In this document: one piece after another, positions 21,154-31,075 of the stretch
How positions within the stretch are numbered: position 1 is the first letter of the stretch
Layout of the letters: each line of letters opens with the position of its first letter
IMG/VR virus record: IMGVR_UViG_3300045988_141797
Reading direction: 5' to 3' (one strand)
From: a virus
Lineage: Duplodnaviria > Heunggongvirae > Uroviricota > Caudoviricetes
Length of the DNA stretch: 64,000 nt
Translations under genes and position numbers: made by a program
Notes under the pieces: generated by a model
What the model was told of the DNA's origin: nothing
Seen by the model: the letters and a program-made list of their open reading frames with translations, nothing else
The model's database searches: none

Positions 21154-21948
21154 TTATGGTTCCTTTTTAGTGTTGCTTTGGAGCGCATCGATCACACCTT
21201 GTGGCATGATCAAACTGATTGCCGGACTCATTACTTCATCGCCCAGTAGAGAACCGGTTAACGTAATAGCTACAGCATTCTCCAGTCCCTGTTTGGCTTT
21301 TCCGGTAGAGTCCTTAACTTGCTGTACAAGTGTTGAGAGACTACTGCTCGTGTTGTTTATTGCATTTATTTGTTCTGTTGCTGCTTCCACTGCGTCTTTT
21401 AGTGCTTTGATCTCTTCTTCTGTTAGTGCTGGTTGCTGTGTTGTTCCGGTGGAACTTCCGTTGCCTGAAGCCTCCCCGCTTGACGCCTGAACTTTTGCAT
21501 TTATAGCGGTCATGGCTGAAGTGATTGGCACCAGTTCAAATGCTGCCAACGCGTCAATAAGCGATTGCGGATGCAGGGTATCTCCCATAACTGTTACGAG
21601 AGCAAATTCTGGCGCAGGAGATAACTCATTACCTTTGACGTAACATTCCCAGCCAATTTTCATCTGAAGTAATTCAGTTGGCGAAGTATACGGAGACAGC
21701 GAGTCGGCTAAATTGGTTGCTTCTGCACTGACAGTTTTCAGTTGTTCTGAAAAGACAGAAAGCTGATTGACCCATGAAACCACCGACGCCGGGTATGCTT
21801 TATCCTTCAGGATAAGAGCCTGGATATTCTCTTCCAGAGAACTGGCATTGGATGACGCTGTTTTACTTAGCGTGATAGATGCAGGCGTAGTTGTGCCTGA
21901 TGCATTTAGAATTTTGAATGCATTAACTTCAGCGATTGAATCAAGCAT
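21154..21948 (-). CDS. hypothetical protein
   Basis: 264-aa ORF between PAAR-like gene and spanins. Confidence 0.3.
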   Translation of the reverse strand: MLDSIAEVNAFKILNASGTTTPASITLSKTASSNASSLEENIQALILKDKAYPASVVSWVNQLSVFSEQLKTVSAEATNLADSLSPYTSPTELLQMKIGWECYVKGNELSPAPEFALVTVMGDTLHPQSLIDALAAFELVPITSAMTAINAKVQASSGEASGNGSSTGTTQQPALTEEEIKALKDAVEAATEQINAINNTSSSLSTLVQQVKDSTGKAKQGLENAVAITLTGSLLGDEVMSPAISLIMPQGVIDALQSNTKKEP

Positions 21949-22232
21949 TATGACACCTGAAAAATTGCCTCACCATTGGCGATGACTGAGCCACAAGAAA
22001 GGGGATCTCCCACACAAACAACTCCTTTCCCGCCTATTGCAAACCATGAGCGCGTCGATACGGCTGATCCGGGGTGCGCGCTATTTCCGTCTGTATGGCT
22101 GGGGAACGCTCCCCCATCTACAACTACTGGCTTTCCATTTACGGTAAACCAGGAAACTGTTTCTGCTACAGGTCGCGGAGGGAATCCTCCATGACCAGAA
22201 CAAACTGTGTCACTGGTCGCTATTGCACTCAT
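21948..22232 (-). CDS. PAAR-like spike-tip protein
   Basis: 94 aa, Gly/Cys/His-rich with CSGHGG and GDPLSCGSVIANGEA. Confidence 0.45.
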   Translation of the reverse strand: MSAIATSDTVCSGHGGFPPRPVAETVSWFTVNGKPVVVDGGAFPSHTDGNSAHPGSAVSTRSWFAIGGKGVVCVGDPLSCGSVIANGEAIFQVS

Positions 22233-22289
22233 CTAACACCTCCTTTTTCTTAAATCTTCTCCACTTTGTGATTTTCACTCTTCAGATTT

Positions 22290-22400
22290 CTTACTTCTCA
22301 TATTTGTCTCTGATTTGTCTCAAAAGGGTATCATGGGTACATCATGTATCATCTAAGTCTCTTTTGTGTCTCTTTTACGTCTCTAGTTTGATGCTTTTTA
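22290..22400. repeat. parC-like centromere repeats upstream of parM
   Basis: reiterated TTTGTCTC / TGTGTCTC / TACGTCTC units. Confidence 0.4.
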
Positions 22401-22481
22401 CGCTATCTAACTTCTGGTCTTATTTTGTTTTCTCATATAAAATTCAATTCTTTCTCAAATGTGTCTCAGAAGTGGAGCAAT

Positions 22482-23441
22482 ATGATGCGCATTTTTATCG
22501 ACGATGGTTCTACCAATATCAAAATGCTGTGGGAACAAGACGGGGAAACTCGAACCCATATCTGTCCGAACAGTTTTAAACGTGGATGGTCCGCCACATT
22601 TGGCGCAGGAAAGCCGTTTAACTACATCATTGATGACGAAAAATATTCATATGACTTGATTTCGCCGGATGTGCTGCCGACGAATAATGTGGAATGGCAA
22701 TACAGCCCGCTTAATGTGCTTGCTGTTCATCATGCCCTGCTTACAAGTGGCATTGAGCCTCAAGAAGTGGAAATAGTTGTCACGTTGCCACTGGCAGAGT
22801 TTTATGACGACGACGCACAATACAACATGAAAAATATTGAGCGGAAAAAGGCCAGCCTGATGCGACCAGTCACCCTTAACAAAGGTCAGGTTTTTACTAT
22901 CAAAAAAGTGACTGTGCGCCCGGAGTCAATACCCGCAGGGATCGGTCTGTGCGACAGCCTTGTGCCAGCGCATTCTGTGCTTATTGTTGATCTTGGTGGG
23001 ACTACTCTGGATGTGTCGATGGTCGCCGGGCAAATGACCGCCGTTTCTCGCGTATTTGGCGATTCTAATCTCGGCGTTTCGCTGGTAACTAAAGAGGTCA
23101 GACAGGCACTTGCAAAAGCGAATACCGAAACCTCTAATTATAATGTCGATCAATTAATCATTAATCGTGATGATGAGGATTATTTGACCGACAATATTAA
23201 CGATCCGTCTGCTATTGATGATGTTAAGAAAGCCATTTCGTCAAGCATAGAACGACTCCGTACACGCGTACTGGATGTGATCAGTGATTTCAAAGGATAC
23301 ACGCATGTTATGGTCATTGGTGGCGGCGCGCCGCTTGTTGCTGATGCTATCCGTGAGCAGGTAAACATTCGTGACGATAGGTTTTTCGTTGCTGATGATC
23401 CACAACTTGCTCTTGTCTATGGTCTAAAATCTATCGGTTGA
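22482..23441 (+). CDS. parM: actin-like plasmid segregation ATPase
   Basis: N-terminus MMRIFIDDGSTNIK...PNSFK and VLAVHHALLTSG match the ParM/StbA family; GGAG RBS. Confidence 0.85.
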   Translation: MMRIFIDDGSTNIKMLWEQDGETRTHICPNSFKRGWSATFGAGKPFNYIIDDEKYSYDLISPDVLPTNNVEWQYSPLNVLAVHHALLTSGIEPQEVEIVVTLPLAEFYDDDAQYNMKNIERKKASLMRPVTLNKGQVFTIKKVTVRPESIPAGIGLCDSLVPAHSVLIVDLGGTTLDVSMVAGQMTAVSRVFGDSNLGVSLVTKEVRQALAKANTETSNYNVDQLIINRDDEDYLTDNINDPSAIDDVKKAISSSIERLRTRVLDVISDFKGYTHVMVIGGGAPLVADAIREQVNIRDDRFFVADDPQLALVYGLKSIG

Positions 23442-23451
23442 TGAGGTTGCC

Positions 23452-23817
23452 ATGTCTCAGGAACGTCGAAAAGTATTGTTTTATCTTCGTCCTGGTCTTA
23501 ACGCCAGTGAGCAATATGCTGATGCAAAACTTGAGGGCCATCCATTAAGAGATCGCAATGATATGGCGCGCACAGCGATGCTTGCAGGTATCGCTCTTGG
23601 CGAGGTTGATAGCAGATTACCTCCCATGTTGGCATCGCTTTTATCCGGTGATAATAGCCCTGAAGTGATCAGAAAAATGCTGGTTTCATTTCTTGAAATT
23701 TCGCCTGAAGTTCGGGAAAACCCTGAAGGAAACCCCTCAGCCTCAGCGGATGTTAAAAAACCTGGCGTTTCGAAAAGCCGCTCTGCACAGAATTTGGCAA
23801 ACTCACTCCCTGATTAA
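23452..23817 (+). CDS. parR: ParR-like centromere-binding adaptor
   Basis: 121 aa immediately downstream of parM; N-terminal RHH-like region, acidic/disordered tail. Confidence 0.6.
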   Translation: MSQERRKVLFYLRPGLNASEQYADAKLEGHPLRDRNDMARTAMLAGIALGEVDSRLPPMLASLLSGDNSPEVIRKMLVSFLEISPEVRENPEGNPSASADVKKPGVSKSRSAQNLANSLPD

Positions 23818-23879
23818 CAAATCTACATCTTCAAAGGCTGCAATTTGCAGCCTTTTTTATACTGTTATGGTTCTAATTT

Positions 23880-23935
23880 GGTGCTCTTTTAGTACCAAAA
23901 CGGTGTTGTTGTGGTGCTGTTTTGTGTCTGGTTCC
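23880..23935. repeat. centromere-like repeats upstream of parA
   Basis: AGTACCAAAACGGTGTTGTT and a related GTGGTGCTGTTTTG unit. Confidence 0.5.
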
Positions 23936-24102
23936 ACTTTGAGGCTGATTTCGTGTTAAACAGGATGCAACAGAGGGCAAATTTCGAGTGTTTAGTGTTA
24001 TACTTTTGCAAAGCATAGTGACTCCACTATAGAGCCAAAACCGCATCAATAAGGCTTCTGTTTGGAGCCATTTTGATACCAAAATAACACCGAGGGACGG
24101 AT

Positions 24103-24744
24103 ATGATTATATTGGTAGCCAGCCAAAAAGGTGGCTGTGGCAAATCAACCACCAGCGTAAACATTTGTGCGGAGCTTGCCCGCGCAAATAAGGACGTAGT
24201 TCTACTTGATGCAGATAAGCAAGGAACATCTGCCCGTTGGGCATCGGACCGTAATGCGGCAGAGGTTTCTCCAGTAATTCATTGCGTCCAGAAGTTTGGG
24301 AATATTCGTGAAACACTTCTTGATCTGGACAAGCGTTATGAATTTGTGGTTGTTGATACCGCTGGTCGTGATAGCAAAGAGATGCGCACCGGTATTACTG
24401 CGGCGGATGTTTTGCTTGTTCCATTCAGGCCATCTCAGCCAGATTTAGACACGCTGGCGCATTTTGTTGAAGTCTTTGAAGAGGCTTTGGATCTGATGCC
24501 TAATCCTAGCATTAAGGCGTGCGCAGTTTTAACAATGGCCCCATCCAATCCGGTTGTGAATGAAGCCAATGAGGCCAAAGAGTACCTGGCTGAATATCCG
24601 CAACTGAAGTTGCTGAAAACCATCATTCGCGATCGCAAGGTTTACCGCGATTGTATGGCTGAAGGGAAGGGCGTTGTTGAGATGGACAACGGGAAAGCTA
24701 AAGGTGAAATCCAGATGTTGGTTAAGGAGTTATTAAGTGATTAA
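24103..24744 (+). CDS. parA: small Walker-type partition ATPase (type Ib ParA/ParF-like)
   Basis: deviant Walker A KGGCGKST, 213 aa. Confidence 0.8.
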   Translation: MIILVASQKGGCGKSTTSVNICAELARANKDVVLLDADKQGTSARWASDRNAAEVSPVIHCVQKFGNIRETLLDLDKRYEFVVVDTAGRDSKEMRTGITAADVLLVPFRPSQPDLDTLAHFVEVFEEALDLMPNPSIKACAVLTMAPSNPVVNEANEAKEYLAEYPQLKLLKTIIRDRKVYRDCMAEGKGVVEMDNGKAKGEIQMLVKELLSD

Positions 24745-25024
24745 GCCTCGTAAATCGGTAAAAGCCCCCGAAGTAAAAGACCTCGATCTTGAACGCCGAA
24801 TTGAGGCTTTTGCCAGCAAAGCTGATTTGGTGCCGGGTGAGCAACCAGAAGACAACAAAGTGCTCGATAAGGACGCCCCACGTGATTTTAAATCCATTCG
24901 TGTTGGCTTCAATGAATACGAGTACCAGGTACTTGATGCGTTAAGCAAAAAGCATAATCGCAGCAAATTGAATATGATCCGCCATGCTATCCTCATGCTT
25001 GCAGAGTCTGAGGATACAAAATGA
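24737..25024 (+). CDS. small ParG/ParB-like partner with RHH-like C-terminus
   Basis: 95 aa, overlap-coupled to parA. Confidence 0.5.
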   Translation: MIKPRKSVKAPEVKDLDLERRIEAFASKADLVPGEQPEDNKVLDKDAPRDFKSIRVGFNEYEYQVLDALSKKHNRSKLNMIRHAILMLAESEDTK

Positions 25025-25029
25025 CGCCG

Positions 25030-25130
25030 GAATGACACCGTTTTGGGTCCATGTGTTATTTTGAGGCTACTTTGATTCCTTTTTAGTACCAGAATGGTGT
25101 TGTTAGTGTACCGTAACGGTGCTTGTTTGA
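25030..25130. repeat. centromere-like repeats downstream of the parA operon
   Basis: CACCGTTTTGG (inverted), AGTACCAGAATGGTGTTGTT, AGTGTACCGTAACGGTGCTTG; same family as 23880-23935. Confidence 0.5.
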
Positions 25131-25159
25131 TGTTATAAAAGCCCCATATGGGGCTTTTC

Positions 25160-26002
25160 TTAATTAAGTGTGGCTATAATGTCGTTAGCTATCATTCGCG
25201 TTGATGCTTTACAGGATACAGAGCGACGGGATGGCATAGGATACACCTTGAAGCCATTGCCAACGTAAAGTTCGCGAATGTTAGGCGCACCACTGTTTGT
25301 TATCACAATTTTCGCTCCGCGTCTGTGGGCATCCACCAGCAGTGACACCAGCCGTTGTTGATCTTCAAACCTAAAGCTATGCCCTGAGTAATTTGTAAAT
25401 CCGGTAGTGTCGGGCAATGGTTCATAGGGGGGATCGCAGAAAATCACATCATCATTCCCGGCAGCCTCAATTACACCAGCAAAATCGCCGGACACAAATT
25501 CCGAATACTTTGAAATATCGTCAGCCAGGAACGCCTCCATTTCCGCGAGAGGGAAGTGGGGTGATTTCTGCTTTCCATATCCGACGTTGAACTCTCCTTT
25601 ACGGTTATAGCGAGTGACGCCATTAAAACAATGACGATTGAGATACAGGAACGCCGCTGCATGGTGAAGGGAATCATAAGCACCATTGTTGAATGCATTG
25701 CGAACATTCAAAAATGCATCAGCAGAGTTGTAATCCTGAAAAAAACGATATGCCAGTGTGATAAGAGAATGCCCTTCACGCTGCAATGTCTGATAGAAGT
25801 TAATCAGGTCATTATTGATATCGTTCAGCAGGTTGCTTTTAAATCCGGCATTAGTGAAAACAGCGCCACCTCCAACGAAAGGTTCTATCAACCGTTTTCC
25901 GTGGGGCAGGTGTTCGAAGATAATGGGCAGTGCAGAAAATTTGCCGCCGACCCACTTAAAGACTGGGCGATCAAATTCGTCCTCCGAGCGAATACGTCGC
26001 AT
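25160..26002 (-). CDS. dam: DNA adenine (N6) methyltransferase, Dam-like
   Basis: FKWVGGK N-terminal motif and DPPY catalytic motif; ORF-track start 26194 rejected in favour of the ATG at 26002. Confidence 0.8.
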   Translation of the reverse strand: MRRIRSEDEFDRPVFKWVGGKFSALPIIFEHLPHGKRLIEPFVGGGAVFTNAGFKSNLLNDINNDLINFYQTLQREGHSLITLAYRFFQDYNSADAFLNVRNAFNNGAYDSLHHAAAFLYLNRHCFNGVTRYNRKGEFNVGYGKQKSPHFPLAEMEAFLADDISKYSEFVSGDFAGVIEAAGNDDVIFCDPPYEPLPDTTGFTNYSGHSFRFEDQQRLVSLLVDAHRRGAKIVITNSGAPNIRELYVGNGFKVYPMPSRRSVSCKASTRMIANDIIATLN

Positions 26003-26069
26003 ATGGCTGATAGTGGCTTCCGCCGCAGGACGATGATTGTCGCTATAAGAAATAAATTTAGCACCAATA

Positions 26070-26876
26070 TCAGCCACGGATTCCCTCCTTATTTGCTTCA
26101 AATACAGCTCTTGCAAAACCGTAAGGTGTCGCGCTACGAAAATTCGCTCTTTCAGGCCCTGGCGGTGCCTTGTGTATTCGGTTATCTGGATCACCTAACG
26201 ACTTGTCGATTCGCGGAGTTGGCATGATGAATCCTTGTCCGCTCCACAGGCATGTTTTTTTGGTGTAATTGTCTTCCTTGCAATATGCAGTGAAGTGATA
26301 AGGATGGAATATGTGATCAGGTTTACGCCAGAATGTCGATATTTGGCTGACCGGGTTTTCAATCATGTACGGGCAACCAATCATCTTTGCAATGTCGTAA
26401 CACTGCCAGACAACCTGCATTGCTTTGAACTGGAAAACCGGATCTTTTTTTGCTTTATCTGCGAACCAGCGTGCGCCAGATACAGCCAGGTCAGTACATG
26501 GAGGGAAACCGGCTAAAAATACAACTCTGTGCAAATTTTTCCGAAGGAAATTGTAGACCTCATCACTGTCAATAATTGCGCTGATACGTGTGAGTACAGC
26601 ACCTGACTCCATCAATTGGCTGCCGGACTCCTGGTGTTGCGGATCGACAATGACTGCATCAATGCCGTGTTCCAGCCAGGGGGAAACCATATTCCCTGTA
26701 TAATCACAAAGACTCACCGCCAGCGGTCGGTTATTAATGCTCTGCTTCACCGCCAATGGCCTCCACCAGCGAGCTAAACATCGCGGATAATTCGCTTGTG
26801 AACAGAATGAAGTCAGCATCAAATCGCTGGGCAACATCTTCACGGTCGATGTCATCGTTCTGGTCATAGAGATCAT
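26070..26876 (-). CDS. DNA cytosine-C5 methyltransferase-like
   Basis: PC motif (AGFPPCTD) and ENV motif (MIENPV); true start probably internal (about 26819-26855), it overlaps the rdgC 3' end. Confidence 0.55.
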   Translation of the reverse strand: MISMTRTMTSTVKMLPSDLMLTSFCSQANYPRCLARWWRPLAVKQSINNRPLAVSLCDYTGNMVSPWLEHGIDAVIVDPQHQESGSQLMESGAVLTRISAIIDSDEVYNFLRKNLHRVVFLAGFPPCTDLAVSGARWFADKAKKDPVFQFKAMQVVWQCYDIAKMIGCPYMIENPVSQISTFWRKPDHIFHPYHFTAYCKEDNYTKKTCLWSGQGFIMPTPRIDKSLGDPDNRIHKAPPGPERANFRSATPYGFARAVFEANKEGIRG

Positions 26877-27639
26877 CGCAAAACGTCAGTGCTTTGATGC
26901 TCATGTCATCGTTTAACCTGAAGGTCGCGCGGTCCTGCCAGTTGATTGCAACTGTTGTTGCAACTTTTCCGGCTTCAATATGAGTCATTATTTCCTCTGA
27001 CTGTAGGTCTACTTTCTTGCAACGAACTGCGCCGCCGTCATCGAACAGAGATTTCAATATGGCTTCTTCGCCTGCTTTAAAGCCTTGAGGAAATGTTGAC
27101 TTGAACCATTCGGTCATAGTCATTTCGAGCGGTTCTATCGGCGTGAATGGAATCACTGGCAGGCTGCCAAGTGATTTACGTAAGAGCGCCAGCATTTCTT
27201 CTGCTTTTCTGGCGCTGGAAGCTTCTACGAAGACCAGATAGTTGTCGCGATCAATAAGGATTCGCGACAATGATTTGCGAGTGAATGCGCGAGGCAACAA
27301 AGAGTGGAGAACTTCATCCTTCAGGGTGTTTTTTTCCGACTTCTTCAGCTTACGAGATTGCTCATTTTCGAGCTTTTCCACTTTTTTCTGCACTTCCTCC
27401 TTAATGACATGGGAGGGCAGGAGCTTAATTTCTCGCTGTTGCTGGAGAAGTAGAAAACCGTGGTATTCATGGATCAGGTTGTCAGCCAGAACCGGCACCC
27501 ATCCGACTTTTGCCATTTCTTGTGATGCGCATGGAGTGAATGTGAATTGGCTTAAGGCATCACTAACGGTGGTTGAGTCCAGTTTAATTTCGCGGGCAAG
27601 GCGATAGACGTATATGTTTTTAAAGGCGACTAATCTCAT
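26734..27639 (-). CDS. rdgC: recombination-associated protein RdgC
   Basis: colinear similarity to E. coli RdgC as I recall it (LRKSLGSLPV, DDGGAVRCKKVDL, EDIDREDVAQRFDADFILFT); ATG at 27639 preferred over track start 27648. Confidence 0.85.
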   Translation of the reverse strand: MRLVAFKNIYVYRLAREIKLDSTTVSDALSQFTFTPCASQEMAKVGWVPVLADNLIHEYHGFLLLQQQREIKLLPSHVIKEEVQKKVEKLENEQSRKLKKSEKNTLKDEVLHSLLPRAFTRKSLSRILIDRDNYLVFVEASSARKAEEMLALLRKSLGSLPVIPFTPIEPLEMTMTEWFKSTFPQGFKAGEEAILKSLFDDGGAVRCKKVDLQSEEIMTHIEAGKVATTVAINWQDRATFRLNDDMSIKALTFCDDLYDQNDDIDREDVAQRFDADFILFTSELSAMFSSLVEAIGGEAEH

Positions 27640-27646
27640 GTTTCGC

Positions 27647-27690
27647 AAAACTGTGTTAGAAAATAAAACTCAATTATCTAACACAGTTTT
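27647..27690. promoter_or_regulatory. palindromic operator upstream of rdgC operon
   Basis: AAAACTGTGTTAGA ... TCTAACACAGTTTT 14-bp inverted arms. Confidence 0.6.
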
Positions 27691-27698
27691 GCATTTTG

Positions 27699-28376
27699 CT
27701 ATCCCTTTACAAAGGAGAAATTGCTCGCTGTTGCTTTTAGCGCGCCACCAGCTTTCAGGGCTATATCACCATCAGCGGCGACGGTTACATTGCTGCCTTT
27801 TACATTAACGTCTCCATCAGAGGATACATTGGTTTTGCTGCTTGATTTGACGTTAACCTCACCACCAGCATTAAGCACTATATTCGCCGGGCCGATTATG
27901 TAAATCTGGCCGGATTCGTTCATCCCTATCCTTGATCCTGCGGCGGTGTTTGCTATTTCATAGCCACCGCCAGCCGTTCTGACCTCAAGGATATTGTTTC
28001 GGTGAATAACAAAATCTTCAGTCGCCGAAAACTGGGGGCGGGCAGGAGCACCATCAACTTCTTCTGGCGACCATCCACTTCCTTGTCCGGAGGCTTCCGG
28101 AGGCACATTTGGTACGCCTCCTGGGGCATCCTGCGCCGCGCCAACGATTAAAGGTCGGCGCGTGTCTATCCTGCCTTTAGCATCCAGATAAGGAAATTCG
28201 ACCCAGACTAAATCGCCGCTGACTGTAGGTGTAAAGGCGTTACCGATAGGCATTTGATACTCTGCCCATGGGAGGTCTTCATCCGGTACACCGTCCCAGT
28301 CAGGCAGTATGCGGACCTGCGCTCGCATAAGTCCGGCAGGGTGTTTGGTCCCTACGATTTGCGCTCTGCGTTTCAC
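27699..28376 (-). CDS. putative baseplate spike protein
   Basis: 225 aa; N-terminal OB-like part, C-terminal repetitive beta-helix-like segment (GEVNVKSSSKTNVSSDGDVNVKGSNVTVAADGDIALKAGG). Confidence 0.45.
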   Translation of the reverse strand: MKRRAQIVGTKHPAGLMRAQVRILPDWDGVPDEDLPWAEYQMPIGNAFTPTVSGDLVWVEFPYLDAKGRIDTRRPLIVGAAQDAPGGVPNVPPEASGQGSGWSPEEVDGAPARPQFSATEDFVIHRNNILEVRTAGGGYEIANTAAGSRIGMNESGQIYIIGPANIVLNAGGEVNVKSSSKTNVSSDGDVNVKGSNVTVAADGDIALKAGGALKATASNFSFVKG

Positions 28377-29353
28377 TGGTTGGGTACTCCTAATATCATT
28401 CGTGTTGTATAGCCGATCCGGTCTTCAAAATGGGCTACGTTTTTCACCAGCAGCTTACGAGGCAACGATTCGTCCAGCTTATTTTCCTGGTCGTAACGAT
28501 ACACGAGGATCTCAATAACCATTCCCGGCGTGATGTCGGGATTACCCGCGACCTCAATATCCATTTTGGGTACGAGCGACAATTGCATATTGCGCAGAGT
28601 TTCCATATCCGGATCGGATATATAGCGTATTGGAAGTGAGCTATCGCCATATTCGACATAGCCTTCAGTCATTGAATAGCCGGTAAATCGATACTGAGTA
28701 TTTGCCGTAACGGCATACTCTTGCTGTATAAGCCTCATTTTTGAAATCGTGTATTCCGCCCTGGGGTTGTTCCCTTCATAGGTGAATGATGGTTTGGCTT
28801 TCATAAGGTCAGCTAATGTATAAAAGTTAAACTGACCACGGCAGGCCCAGCATAAAGCGCCTTTATCGCGGGCCATTTCAGATAGCATTTTGGAGGGTTT
28901 TTCCCCGGCGGAAAGATGGTACGTACAGCTTCGTTTCAATGCGCTGGAGGCGATTTTCAGTGTACCGGTATACGTCTTGAAAATGGTATCAGGCGTTTTA
29001 TTTGTATGCAGGTTAGCCCGTATAGCGGGGATCTTAAATATCCGAACGTCTTCACTGACTGCAATGACCGTGATGACATCACCAGCCAGCACCGCAGATG
29101 TTACGAAAAAAGTTGTTTTAAACGTGCCTGAATTGCCTTGTGGATCTCCCATCTCTGCAACCAGTGCTGCGCCGTATTTTGTTTTCCAGTCATCAATTAT
29201 GGTGCCGGTAATGTCGTGAATTTCCAGTTTCAGCAATGGTGCTCGCAGGTTTGCCTTTTCCACATATACGGCAGTGAATATCCACTCCCTGGGCACTTTG
29301 TTTCCGTTGATGGTAATGGACTGTAGAAAGTATTGCTGTAGCTCCTGGGACAT
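28373..29353 (-). CDS. putative baseplate hub protein
   Basis: 326 aa, overlap-coupled upstream of spike-like gene. Confidence 0.3.
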   Translation of the reverse strand: MSQELQQYFLQSITINGNKVPREWIFTAVYVEKANLRAPLLKLEIHDITGTIIDDWKTKYGAALVAEMGDPQGNSGTFKTTFFVTSAVLAGDVITVIAVSEDVRIFKIPAIRANLHTNKTPDTIFKTYTGTLKIASSALKRSCTYHLSAGEKPSKMLSEMARDKGALCWACRGQFNFYTLADLMKAKPSFTYEGNNPRAEYTISKMRLIQQEYAVTANTQYRFTGYSMTEGYVEYGDSSLPIRYISDPDMETLRNMQLSLVPKMDIEVAGNPDITPGMVIEILVYRYDQENKLDESLPRKLLVKNVAHFEDRIGYTTRMILGVPNQ

Positions 29354-29356
29354 GGC

Positions 29357-30124
29357 TTACCCCATTCTCAGAGAGGTTTCAGTAATAATTCGTTTCGCGT
29401 CCAGCTCCCAGGCGGTGATCACGTCTGCTATAACACTAATTGCCGTTTGTGCAGCATAAATACGCTCTTCCCCAATTGGGGCTGAAACATCAGTAAAACT
29501 GATGTCTTTAGCATCCTGAATCGCGCAAATTAGCGGGACGGGTACTCGTACCAGCGGGGTTGTTGCTTCAAACTGCGTTCCTGCCATCAAGCGAAGACGT
29601 GCTCCTAGCGAGTTACACATCAGACTCATGGTCGCCTTATCCGTCGCCATTAATGTAACGTCATACGTCAGATTTGCCTGGGTGTATTCCAGGGCTACTA
29701 AAGGCATACCGCTGCCAGGTTCGCAGAAGTGATCACATCTTTTGCGGTCTATCTGCTGGTCATTGTTGATATAGCTGATATCCATTGAGCGCGAGATATT
29801 AATCAGAGGGAGTGCATCGCGATTAATGTTCGGATTCTCTGGCTTTCTCCCTTGCCCGGCATTAGCACGGCGAACCGCTTTAAGGAACTCGACCGCGTTA
29901 TCAAAACGGGCAACATAAACACGCTCCGCTGGTGGGCGACTCAGGAATGATGCAAAGCGCCTTTCTTCTTTTGCTGGTTCCACCAGCGTTACGTCAGAAA
30001 AAATGTCACTGATTAGCGTAGCAAAAGCGTTATCCACTCTTTCCAGACCAGTTGTCTGGAATTTTCCAGTACGCGTTGTCTGCCACTCGCCAATGCGGGA
30101 CAGGAGAGTTTTGTTGGGTGTCAT
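29357..30124 (-). CDS. hypothetical structural-module protein
   Basis: 255-aa ORF. Confidence 0.3.
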   Translation of the reverse strand: MTPNKTLLSRIGEWQTTRTGKFQTTGLERVDNAFATLISDIFSDVTLVEPAKEERRFASFLSRPPAERVYVARFDNAVEFLKAVRRANAGQGRKPENPNINRDALPLINISRSMDISYINNDQQIDRKRCDHFCEPGSGMPLVALEYTQANLTYDVTLMATDKATMSLMCNSLGARLRLMAGTQFEATTPLVRVPVPLICAIQDAKDISFTDVSAPIGEERIYAAQTAISVIADVITAWELDAKRIITETSLRMG

Positions 30125-30924
30125 TCGATCACTCCGTTTTGAGTGGTATCAAAGTTCCTGGCCGGGATGCAGTAATAAAGGGAGCCGACGTGTTGTGTTC
30201 CGTAGCTGAAGATTCGATGCACGTACCACCAGCGGCGGGCGAGGCCATTCGCCATTTCTTCGTTCCATTCCAGGATTGAACCAACAGGTACGTTGTTTGC
30301 AGCAATACGCAGGATTAGCACTTCATCAGCAAGACCATCCTGTTCTCCATCGGCATCAATGGCATGAAACGAATCCCTTCCGTCCGGGTTATCCAGGACG
30401 TATACGATTTCCGGTTCCAGATAGGTAAGCTCACGCTGGTTGTTGTCCAGTTGCGTGAAAGACTCTTCACCTGTTTCATCGTTTACGACGCCATAGGTGC
30501 CATCAGCCGGGCGGTATAAAAGCGCCTCGAACGCGTCAGGGCTTGATTCAATAATGAGCATCCAATCGGCGCGGATCTGGTCGTTGAACGCTTTATGTCC
30601 GTTATATCGGGTTTTAAGCTGCTGGTTTGGTTCTCTGTTAGCGAGCGATGCCGGTAGGGGAGCGATGTCAGGTTCAATCACTTCCGTAACAGAGTCACCA
30701 GCATTATCAGGCCAATTATCATGGCTATTAGATTGGGTGGCGGCGTGCTCTTCCAGAATACTGAATGGCCCTGCACTGACATTCCCATTTTCCGTTGTGC
30801 TTCCTTCATTCGCTTCAACCGTCGTTGTCTCTTCTCTCTGCGTGCTGTCATGTTCTGTTCCCTTTCTCATCAGGCTTGCATCATCAGCAAGCCATTCATC
30901 AAAACGGCCCATAAGCGTCCTCAA
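30121..30924 (-). CDS. hypothetical acidic protein
   Basis: 267-aa ORF, first gene of this minus-strand operon. Confidence 0.3.
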   Translation of the reverse strand: MRTLMGRFDEWLADDASLMRKGTEHDSTQREETTTVEANEGSTTENGNVSAGPFSILEEHAATQSNSHDNWPDNAGDSVTEVIEPDIAPLPASLANREPNQQLKTRYNGHKAFNDQIRADWMLIIESSPDAFEALLYRPADGTYGVVNDETGEESFTQLDNNQRELTYLEPEIVYVLDNPDGRDSFHAIDADGEQDGLADEVLILRIAANNVPVGSILEWNEEMANGLARRWWYVHRIFSYGTQHVGSLYYCIPARNFDTTQNGVIE

Positions 30925-31075
30925 AGGTCGATTTATCAGGTATCGAAAGGAAGATTTTCGGGAGATTGTGATTTTGGATGGAGGAGGGGAATTGTTACAA
31001 TATGCACTTGCGCACGGTGCAACGGTGCGCTATCATTATGACATTCATTAATAATCATGGAGGATAAAATGATCG

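Noticed and set aside
20625-21188. ORF-track 187-aa version of the Rz-like gene with 35-aa N-terminal extension
   Set aside because: An internal ATG at 21083 has a good RBS and gives the expected N-terminal TM helix plus coiled-coil spanin architecture; the extension has no support.
25160-26194. 344-aa version of the Dam methylase overlapping the C5-methyltransferase gene by 125 bp
   Set aside because: The conserved FKWVGGK N-terminal motif begins just after an internal Met; starting at 26002 removes the overlap and gives a normal Dam length.
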